Assembly (NCBI RefSeq): GCF_022376295.1
Contig: NZ_CP060140.1
Location: forward strand, 13,730-45,729
From: Nodularia sphaerocarpa UHCC 0038
GTDB lineage: Bacteria > Cyanobacteriota > Cyanobacteriia > Cyanobacteriales > Nostocaceae
Length of the DNA: 32,000 nt
Reading direction: 5' to 3'
The translations under genes were made by a program, and so were the position numbers. The notes under the pieces were generated by a model. The model was not told where the DNA came from. It saw nothing but the letters and a program-made list of their open reading frames with translations, and made no database searches. Shown here in pieces: positions 25,232 to 32,000 of this stretch. Each line of letters begins with the position of its first letter. Position 1 is the stretch's first letter.

Positions 25232-27091
25232 ATGATCACAGAGTATCTAACTAAATTTAAAAAACAAATCATCTGGCTAAGTGACTTAAGTAATAGCTGG
25301 AATATCGCCCAGAAAATTAGTTATGGGTACAGTGTAGTAATTGGTATTTCTTTTCTAGGCACAATCAGTGGTTTACTGCTTGCATCCAACAACGAAGTAT
25401 ATGCTTATAAGCAATTAAATCTCTCTTATCAGCATCAATCTCTGTTAAAAAATTTAGAAAATTCAGTCACTAGAATCCGACTACATCCACAACGTTTAGC
25501 CACCGTTTTAGAAAATTCTATTTGGTTTGAATTTGAAAAAAATCAATTCAATAATCAACTAATTCAAGTCAATGAACAATTGGCTGATATAGAAATATTT
25601 GTTCATAAATATGCCGATGATTTACTTATAAGTAAAACACAATTTGATTCTCTTTTAGAGAGTTACCGGGTAACGACACAAGTATATAGTCACAGTGTAA
25701 AATCTTTCTGGGAACAAGTTGAACAAAATAACTTCTCAGAAGAAAAAGCGAAGTCTCATCATACAGATTTAATAAATTTACTTCAGGAAAGAGAGCAAGT
25801 TAATATCAATGTAAAATTTGACCAACTTTCAGATGAGTTAATTCGAGCAATAGGTTATGCGGATATTCAACAACAAAAAGCAGATACTCGCTTTGAAGAA
25901 GCTCAAAAACTGCGAGTCAAAGTTATTTTTGCTAGTATGCTGTTGTCAGGTGCGATCGCCGCAGCATTAGCAATATATACTAGTAGGTTAATTGCTCGTC
26001 CTTTAGAATTAGTGACTAAAGTTGCTAGAAGAATTACGCAAGAATCCAACTTTCAACTCAGAATTAATATTAATAGTCATGATGAAGTTGGAACTCTCGC
26101 TACTTCCTTGAATCAATTAGTCGAGTGGGTAGCAGATTATACACAAGAGATAGAAATTGCTCGTCACAATTTAGAGCAACGGGTAGAAGAACGCACTCAG
26201 GAATTAGAATTAGCACGCCACAATTTAGAGCAACGGGTAGAAGAACGGACTCAGGAATTGCAAAAAATCCTCCAAGACTTAAAAGAAACTCAAGCACAAT
26301 TAATTCAAACCGAAAAAATGTCTTCTCTGGGAGAGATGGTCGCAGGTATAGCTCATGAAGTAAATAACCCAGTTAATTTTATTAATGGTAATATTCAATG
26401 TGCCAATGACTATATTCAAGATTTACTAAGTTTAATAGATTTATATCAGCAAGAGTACCCAGAACCAAGCGAAATCATTGCCGAAAAAACCGCAGAAATA
26501 GATTTAGATTTTCTGACTACAGATTTATCCAGCCTACTTAGTTCCATGAAAATGGGCGCTCAACGTATTCGGGAAATTGTCTTATCTTTACGTAATTTTT
26601 CCCGCCTAGATGAAGCACCTATGAAGGAGGTGAATATTCATGAAGGTCTTGATAACACTTTATTAATTCTTAATCACAGACTTAACCAGTCAATAGCAGT
26701 AATTAAAAACTATGGAATTTTACCTTTGATTGAGTGTTATCCTGCTCAACTCAATCAAGTATTTATGAATATTTTAAGTAATGCTATCGATGTGCTGATG
26801 GAAGAAAAAACTAAAGCAGAAAAACAGATTACTATCGATACATTAAAATTAGATGATCATTATATCAAAGTCGTAATTAAAGATAACGCTTCTGGAATTG
26901 CACCAGAAATTATCAATAAGTTATTTAATCCTTTTTTTACAACTAAACCAGTAGGTAAAGGAACTGGCTTGGGTTTAAGTATCTCTTACCAGATCATCGA
27001 CAAACACAAAGGTAAAATAGAAGTAATCTCAGAATTAGGAAAGGGAACAGAGTTTATCATTCTCTTGCCCATTAAAACACAACTAAACTAG
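25232..27091 (+). CDS. Sensor histidine kinase (TM - ~190-aa helical extracytoplasmic domain - TM - HAMP - duplicated signalling helix - HisKA - HATPase)
   Basis: 619-aa ORF starting 19 nt after the binding-protein stop. TM1 is VVIGISFLGTISGLLLA and TM2 is IFASMLLSGAIAAALAIY. HAMP is RPLELVTKVARRITQ...DEVGTLATSLNQL. The H-box is SSLGEMVAGIAHEVNNPVNF. The ATP-binding boxes are NILSNAIDV, DNASGI and GKGTGLGLSISY. Confidence 0.9.
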   Translation: MITEYLTKFKKQIIWLSDLSNSWNIAQKISYGYSVVIGISFLGTISGLLLASNNEVYAYKQLNLSYQHQSLLKNLENSVTRIRLHPQRLATVLENSIWFEFEKNQFNNQLIQVNEQLADIEIFVHKYADDLLISKTQFDSLLESYRVTTQVYSHSVKSFWEQVEQNNFSEEKAKSHHTDLINLLQEREQVNINVKFDQLSDELIRAIGYADIQQQKADTRFEEAQKLRVKVIFASMLLSGAIAAALAIYTSRLIARPLELVTKVARRITQESNFQLRININSHDEVGTLATSLNQLVEWVADYTQEIEIARHNLEQRVEERTQELELARHNLEQRVEERTQELQKILQDLKETQAQLIQTEKMSSLGEMVAGIAHEVNNPVNFINGNIQCANDYIQDLLSLIDLYQQEYPEPSEIIAEKTAEIDLDFLTTDLSSLLSSMKMGAQRIREIVLSLRNFSRLDEAPMKEVNIHEGLDNTLLILNHRLNQSIAVIKNYGILPLIECYPAQLNQVFMNILSNAIDVLMEEKTKAEKQITIDTLKLDDHYIKVVIKDNASGIAPEIINKLFNPFFTTKPVGKGTGLGLSISYQIIDKHKGKIEVISELGKGTEFIILLPIKTQLN

Positions 27092-27217
27092 CAATGTGTA
27101 AGTAGGGGCGATCGCCTCTAACGCAAAAGCCGTATTTACCTCAGTGAAGTCCATTGCATCATACTCAATGGCTTCTTCCCAGGTATCCATAACTTCTGAT
27201 TCCAGGATTCTTTGCAT
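27083..27217 (-). CDS. Possible unlisted small ORF (44 aa, acidic)
   Basis: I translated this by hand; it is shorter than any entry in the ORF track (shortest listed is 60 aa). The product is MQRILESEVMDTWEEAIEYDAMDFTEVNTAFALEAIAPTYTLLV. AGGGAGA lies 6 nt upstream of the ATG at 27217. The 3' end overlaps the kinase stop region by 9 nt. There is no homology evidence. Confidence 0.25.
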   Translation of the reverse strand: MQRILESEVMDTWEEAIEYDAMDFTEVNTAFALEAIAPTYTLLV

Positions 27218-27306
27218 GATTAATCTCCCTATTATTTCACTTATGAAAATAAAACTGCGGTTTTGGGAACACTAAGTTTATTACAAAACTTAACAGGAAT
27301 TGGTCG

Positions 27307-28365
27307 ATGTCAAACGGTAAATTTAACAAGAGTATAAATAATAACTTAAACTACATGAAGCGCAATAGGATTACACATGAGTTTGACCAAAGTTCCTGGG
27401 GGGAAATCGTACTTCCACAGTTAAGTAACGACCAGTTATCGGAAGCATCCAAGTTACTACATCAAGGAGTTCAACAACAAAAAGCTGGTGAATTAATCGC
27501 TGCGTTACAGTCATTACAACAAGCGCTACAGATGTTTGAGGTTGTTGGTGATCTACAGCAACAGGAACAAGCACTTTCTGTTTTAGCACTTGTCACCTAT
27601 AAATCAGGCGATTATCAAAGCACAATTTCTTATTCCCAGCAGTGTCTAGCTTTGGAACAGACTACCCCAGATTTATCGATACAAATGCAAGTACTTTCTC
27701 TGTTGGGTAATGCTTATCGTCATCGGAAGAACTATAAACAGGGAATTCAGTCTTTGCAAAAGTGTTTAAAAATCAGCTGTCAGATGTCAAATAAGCGCAG
27801 TGAGGTTGCAGCATTAAATAATCTGGGATTGGTGTATAAAGCTGCGGGTAAATTTATACAAGCAATGGAATATCAAAAAAAAAGTTTAGCACTTGTTGAA
27901 GAACTCCAAGACAGTTGGGGTATGGAACAGGTTCTAAAGAATATCGGTAATACTTATTATGCTTTGGACAATTACCCCCAAGCGATCGCTTATTATGAAA
28001 GATGTGTCAGAATAGCACGCTTACTCAAACATATTGACAGTGCTTGTCAGACACTGAAAAATTTGGGTAATGCTTGCTGTGCGACAGGTAATTATGGTAA
28101 AGCAATTCTCTATTACGAGGAGCGTTTACAATTAGCAAAAGAACTCAAAGATATACGTAGTGAAGAACAATCTCTCGGCAGATTAGGGGTTGCTTGTGAA
28201 GCATTGGGCGACTATAAAAAAGCAATTAAATATTATGAAGAACGTTTATTTTTAGCGAGAAGAATTAAAGATTCCCGTATTGAAAAACAAGCCCTTGCAA
28301 GTTTGAAATTCACTTGTGAAGCCTTGGGTGATTACGCCAAAGCCATGCAATATCAGAAGCCATAA
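27307..28365 (+). CDS. Tetratricopeptide (TPR) repeat protein
   Basis: 352-aa ORF with about 7 successive 40-aa units of the type LxNLGxxYxxxGxYxxAIxYYEExL. Confidence 0.85.
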   Translation: MSNGKFNKSINNNLNYMKRNRITHEFDQSSWGEIVLPQLSNDQLSEASKLLHQGVQQQKAGELIAALQSLQQALQMFEVVGDLQQQEQALSVLALVTYKSGDYQSTISYSQQCLALEQTTPDLSIQMQVLSLLGNAYRHRKNYKQGIQSLQKCLKISCQMSNKRSEVAALNNLGLVYKAAGKFIQAMEYQKKSLALVEELQDSWGMEQVLKNIGNTYYALDNYPQAIAYYERCVRIARLLKHIDSACQTLKNLGNACCATGNYGKAILYYEERLQLAKELKDIRSEEQSLGRLGVACEALGDYKKAIKYYEERLFLARRIKDSRIEKQALASLKFTCEALGDYAKAMQYQKP

Positions 28366-28417
28366 TCTAGTAATTCGTAAATTTTATCATAAATGATTAC
28401 AACAAGTTGCTACCTAA

Positions 28418-29050
28418 TTACTGTATTTTCTCCCTCAACCAAATACGGAAGGATTTCAATAAAGCAATTTCACCCATGTTTTTACTCTGCTGCATAAATC
28501 GACTGATATCACTCACAGAGATTAGGGGAAAGGCAATACTTAAGCTACATTCAATATATTCCCCTTCTAGCAATTGATAAAATTTTAAATCTTGTCCGTT
28601 ATATCTCCACAATTCAGTAACACCAAGCGCTGCATAAATACCCAATTTATTAACTGAACTACTGCTAATGTCAATTTCAATGGCTAAATCAGGGGGAGGA
28701 TCTGTTTCTAAATTTAGTGTTTCCTGACCTCTAATAGCTGGCTCATTTTGAATATAATAGCAATTATCTGGTTCTATACCTCGATTTGCTAATCGTCGCT
28801 TCAGTGTTGTGGAACCTGCACTTTTAATTTCTACACCCACTTCCTCAGCTAAAGAGAATATGAAGCGGTCAAATTGAATTTTGGGGTTTTCATGTTCAAA
28901 AAGTGGGGTCATAATTTCTAAAGTCCCGCAGTCATAAGCAAGCCGAGAACCTCTATCCTCACCTGTATCTCTCAGCAAGGCTTCAAAGGTTTCCCAACTG
29001 ACGTTATGTAAAACCGTTCTTTGTTCAGCAAGGGTTGACTGGACAAGCAT
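28418..29050 (-). CDS. Uma2-family (DUF820) PD-(D/E)xK-type putative endonuclease
   Basis: 210-aa ORF. It has the N-terminal WETFEALL pattern, LEIMTPLFEHE, PDLAIEIDISSS and the ELWRY motif. This family is highly expanded in cyanobacteria. Confidence 0.8.
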   Translation of the reverse strand: MLVQSTLAEQRTVLHNVSWETFEALLRDTGEDRGSRLAYDCGTLEIMTPLFEHENPKIQFDRFIFSLAEEVGVEIKSAGSTTLKRRLANRGIEPDNCYYIQNEPAIRGQETLNLETDPPPDLAIEIDISSSSVNKLGIYAALGVTELWRYNGQDLKFYQLLEGEYIECSLSIAFPLISVSDISRFMQQSKNMGEIALLKSFRIWLREKIQ

Positions 29051-29183
29051 ATTACAATACCTATTCCATGAAAATATGAGATAAAATTCCTAAGATTTTA
29101 TCTATATTATAATATTTGCTCCGCACTTGTGCCTCTGGAGCTTAAGAAATAAATTTGTGGGAAAGCTACGCTAATTTTTCTGC

Positions 29184-29205
29184 AAAAGGTGGGAATTACC
29201 CACCT
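29184..29205 (-). terminator. Rho-independent terminator of sufS
   Basis: On the - strand the sequence is AGGTGGG-TAATT-CCCACCT followed by TTT(T)GC. It begins 6 nt after the sufS stop at 29211. Confidence 0.7.
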
Positions 29206-29210
29206 AATCT

Positions 29211-30473
29211 TTAAGCAAGAAAACCAGCAAAAAACTCCAGAGTTTCTTTCAGCGCTTTGATGAAAATATCAATCTCTTCGCGGGTATTATAGAAAGATAA
29301 ACTTACCCGTGCGGTTCCCGGTAAACCTAAATGACGGTGTAATGGTTGAGTACAGTGGTGTCCAGAACGAATCGCTACGCCTTCTTGGTCTAATAATGTC
29401 GATAAGTCGTTAGGGTGGACATCTGCGGCTGTAAATGCAGCTAATGCAGCCCTTCCTTCGCCTTTGGCGTTGGGTTTGGGACCGTAAATTGTGATTTGGG
29501 GTATTTGCTCTAATTGTTGGAACAAATACGCTGTGAGTTCGGCTTCGTAGGCGTGGATTTTATCCATGCCAATATTACTAAGATAATCTACCGCAGCTCC
29601 CAGGGCGATCGCCTCCGCAATTGCCGGTGTACCAGCTTCAAATTTGTGGGGTAATTCTGCGTAGGTAGAATGATCTAAATATACATCTGCAATCATTTCA
29701 CCACCACCAAAAAATGGCGGCATGGATTCTAACAGTTCCAACTTACCATACAAAAATCCTATGCCAGTGGGGGCGCACATTTTGTGACCGGAAGCAACCA
29801 ACCAATCACAGTCGATTTCTTGCACATCCACAGGCATATGCGGTACACTTTGGCAAGCATCAACTAAGAATTTCGCACCGTATTTGTGAGTAATTTTGGC
29901 AATTTCTGCGACTGGATTAATACATCCCAAAGTATTAGAAACATGACTAACCGCAACCAATTTTGTTTTGTCAGAAATCAGGTTTTTAAACTGTTCTAAA
30001 TCAAAACTTCCTTCTGGTGTCAATTCCACAAACTTTAACACCGCACCCGTTTTTTGTGATACAAGTTGCCAAGGAACGATATTACTGTGGTGTTCCATCA
30101 CCGACAGAATAATTTCATCTCCCGCTTGCAAATTGTTCATCCCCCAGCTGTAGGCTACCAGGTTAATGGCTTCACTGGCGTTGCGGGTGTAGATAATTTC
30201 TTGACGTGACGCAGCATTAATGAATTTAGCTACTTTATCTCGCGCACCTTCATAAGCATCAGTGGCTTTAGCACTCAGGGTATGAGCGCCACGATGCACG
30301 TTAGCATTATATTGTTCGTAATAATCCCGCAGGATGTTTAACACGAACACAGGTTTTTGGGAAGTAGCTGCATTATCCAGATAAACCAAAGGTTTCCCGT
30401 TAACTTCCTGATGCAATATCGGGAAATCAGCGCGAACTTTATCAGCCAGGGTTTTGATAGGGGTGAAAGTCAT
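29211..30473 (-). CDS. sufS: Cysteine desulfurase SufS (class II)
   Basis: 420-aa ORF. Motifs: [27 protein letters not shown] (PLP lysine), [10 protein letters not shown] (active-site Cys). It is adjacent to sufD. Confidence 0.95.
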   Translation of the reverse strand: MTFTPIKTLADKVRADFPILHQEVNGKPLVYLDNAATSQKPVFVLNILRDYYEQYNANVHRGAHTLSAKATDAYEGARDKVAKFINAASRQEIIYTRNASEAINLVAYSWGMNNLQAGDEIILSVMEHHSNIVPWQLVSQKTGAVLKFVELTPEGSFDLEQFKNLISDKTKLVAVSHVSNTLGCINPVAEIAKITHKYGAKFLVDACQSVPHMPVDVQEIDCDWLVASGHKMCAPTGIGFLYGKLELLESMPPFFGGGEMIADVYLDHSTYAELPHKFEAGTPAIAEAIALGAAVDYLSNIGMDKIHAYEAELTAYLFQQLEQIPQITIYGPKPNAKGEGRAALAAFTAADVHPNDLSTLLDQEGVAIRSGHHCTQPLHRHLGLPGTARVSLSFYNTREEIDIFIKALKETLEFFAGFLA

Positions 30474-30476
30474 ACA

Positions 30477-30557
30477 ATTTTAGATTTTAGATTTTAGATT
30501 TTGGATTGACTCCACAGATAAATCTATAGGTTTGAGGATTTGGGATTTGGGATTGAT
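30477..30557 (-). repeat. Intercistronic STRR-like repeats: (CTAAAAT)x3-4 abutting the sufS ATG plus an (AATCCCA)-type array, each preceded by an AGATTTATCTG unit
   Basis: The + strand reads ATTTTAG x3 plus ATTTTGG (30477-30504), CAGATAAATCT at 30515-30525 and again at 30562-30572, and GGATTTG-type units at about 30535-30556. Confidence 0.85.
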
Positions 30558-30604
30558 TCCCCAGATAAATCTGGGGGTTTGTACCATTAAGGAAATATTA
30601 GTTA

Positions 30605-31984
30605 TTAGTCATTAGTCAAAGACTTGAGACTATTAACTGTGTTTAATAGAATTGCTTGCAGAGATTTGACGGGGATTTGGTTGATAATTTCCGCAGCAAA
30701 GGCATTAATTAACAACTTACGCGCATCATCTTCGTTAATTCCCCGACTTTGGAGATAAAAGATTTCATCATCTTCCAACTGACTAACGGTAGCACCATGA
30801 GCGCATTTCACGTTGTCGGCGGTAATTTCCAACTGCGGCTTAGTATCAACTCTGGCTTTTGATGATAACAATAAATTGCGATTTAATTGACCGGCATTTG
30901 TTAACTGTGCGGCTTTCGGCACAAATACTTTGCCATTAAATACTGCATGAGCGCGATCGCCTACAATGCACTTATGTAACTGTGTGCTGGTACTATGGGG
31001 ATGATTAAGTGCGATCGCACTGTGAGTATCACCCACCTGTCTACCAGAAATCATCGTCAAACCGTTGAGAGTCGTTTCGGTTTGTTCACCAGTTTGCAAA
31101 ATTTCTAAATTGTGGCGCGATAACTTAGCACCAAAACTCAAAGCATGACAAGTATAGCGACTATCACGAGCTTGAGTAACAGCAGTCTTCCCTACATGAA
31201 AAGCCTCTGCACCTTCCCGCTCAATTCTAGTATGACTCACCTGAGCATTCTCACCCAGCCAAATTTCCGTAACCGCATTAGTGAGGTAAACCCCCTCATT
31301 CTCTGCGTCCTCTGCGCCTCTGCGGTTAATAAAATCTTCCACCAAAGACACACTACCACCAGTTTCAGCCACCACCAAACAACGGGGCTGAGAAATCGTC
31401 GCTGTATCACCAGCAACCGCAATAAATAATAAATGAATCGGCGTTTCCACAATCACATTCTTAGCCACCCAAACCACCGCCGCATCAGAGATTCCAGCAG
31501 TATTGAGAGCAGTAAAAACCTCCTGTGAACCCTCAGCTTGTGCTAAATACTGTTTAACACGCTCCTGCTGAGACCGAGAAAAACCCGCCAAATTACCGAC
31601 AACAACCCCAGAAGGTAAATCTGCAACGGCGGATAAATCCGGCGCATAGACACCATTAACAAACACCAAACGACTATTAACAGCCTCTGGTAAAGTTAAA
31701 GCCGAGATATCAACTGATTTTAATTGTGTTTCTACATGAAACTGCACTTGACGCAGCGCTGACAAATCAGTAAACCGCCATTCTTCCTCACGGGTAGTGG
31801 GGATACTGGAATGACGCACCCAATTAGCAGCACCTTGGCGTAATTCCTGGAAACAATCTGCGGCGGTTGCTGCGGTTACTTCATCTAACAACCCAGTTAG
31901 ATAACTATCTTTATCCAACAGAGTAGAAGTCAAACTCACAGCATTTGAGTTAGGAACCGGACTAGGAGAAACTTGAATAGTCAT
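30605..31984 (-). CDS. sufD: Fe-S cluster assembly protein SufD
   Basis: 459-aa ORF. The C-terminal half matches the SufB/SufD beta-helix pattern (KPQLEITADNVKCAHGATVSQLEDDEIFYLQSRGI). Its start overlaps an upstream stop in a TAATG junction. Confidence 0.9.
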   Translation of the reverse strand: MTIQVSPSPVPNSNAVSLTSTLLDKDSYLTGLLDEVTAATAADCFQELRQGAANWVRHSSIPTTREEEWRFTDLSALRQVQFHVETQLKSVDISALTLPEAVNSRLVFVNGVYAPDLSAVADLPSGVVVGNLAGFSRSQQERVKQYLAQAEGSQEVFTALNTAGISDAAVVWVAKNVIVETPIHLLFIAVAGDTATISQPRCLVVAETGGSVSLVEDFINRRGAEDAENEGVYLTNAVTEIWLGENAQVSHTRIEREGAEAFHVGKTAVTQARDSRYTCHALSFGAKLSRHNLEILQTGEQTETTLNGLTMISGRQVGDTHSAIALNHPHSTSTQLHKCIVGDRAHAVFNGKVFVPKAAQLTNAGQLNRNLLLSSKARVDTKPQLEITADNVKCAHGATVSQLEDDEIFYLQSRGINEDDARKLLINAFAAEIINQIPVKSLQAILLNTVNSLKSLTND

Positions 31985-32000
31985 TACACACCCACCTCAG
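31984..32000 (-). CDS. Last codons of an upstream gene, probably sufC (cut by window edge)
   Basis: The - strand reads ..GAG GTG GGT GTG TAA, with the TAA sharing one base with the sufD ATG. Identity is inferred only from the conserved sufBCDS order. Confidence 0.4.

Noticed and set aside
27307-29050. TPR protein plus Uma2 nuclease considered as a possible two-gene defence module.
   Set aside because: The genes are convergent, so they are not an operon. Uma2/DUF820 and TPR proteins are each present in very high copy number in cyanobacterial genomes. No ATPase, sensor or toxin partner is present.

Overview
This window looks like core chromosome of a filamentous, Nostoc/Anabaena-type cyanobacterium. 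The evidence is at least 26 copies of the HIP1 octamer GCGATCGC, several heptanucleotide tandem-repeat tracts (STRR-like), and the gene content.

Gene order:
- (1) 2-7293, + strand: the distal part of a surface-polysaccharide locus. It holds a PglC/WbaP-type sugar-phosphate transferase (5' end cut by the window), a GT-A glycosyltransferase, a tightly packed trio of PLP decarboxylase, ATP-grasp ligase and DegT-type aminotransferase, and a Wzc-like co-polymerase/tyrosine kinase.
- (2) 7294-8163: an 870-bp non-coding region. It carries a cluster of cyanobacterial-type DnaA boxes (TTTTCCACA), an inverted-repeat-bounded insertion and a 10-unit heptamer array, directly upstream of dnaN (8164-9327). 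This is a probable oriC.
- (3) 9302-17429, - strand: a triple-GAF histidine kinase, an ArsA/Get3-type ATPase with an HSP20-like tail, and a 1139-aa PAS/GAF hybrid kinase.
- (4) 17718-18756, - strand: two conserved genes of unknown function.
- (5) 19077-19334: an 85-aa peptide with a double-glycine-type leader, followed by a strong terminator and then dprA.
- (6) 21086-23954: a membrane-anchored class-A beta-lactamase-fold protein, a SPOUT RNA methyltransferase and a small Cys4 membrane protein.
- (7) 24322-27091: a PhnD-like lipoprotein paired with a HAMP histidine kinase that carries an internal 54-nt tandem duplication.
- (8) 27307-32000: a TPR protein, a Uma2-family endonuclease, and sufS-sufD (with the last codons of sufC) on the - strand.

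I saw no tRNA/rRNA genes, CRISPR array, transposase, integrase or recognisable defence island.

I do not see a convincing complete novel multi-gene system. The most promising leads are:
- the decarboxylase/ATP-grasp/aminotransferase sugar-tailoring module;
- the orphan GG-leader peptide beside dprA;
- the binding-protein/kinase pair with a duplicated signalling helix;
- the repeat-invaded oriC region.

All functional calls rest on motif recognition by eye. No database search was run.
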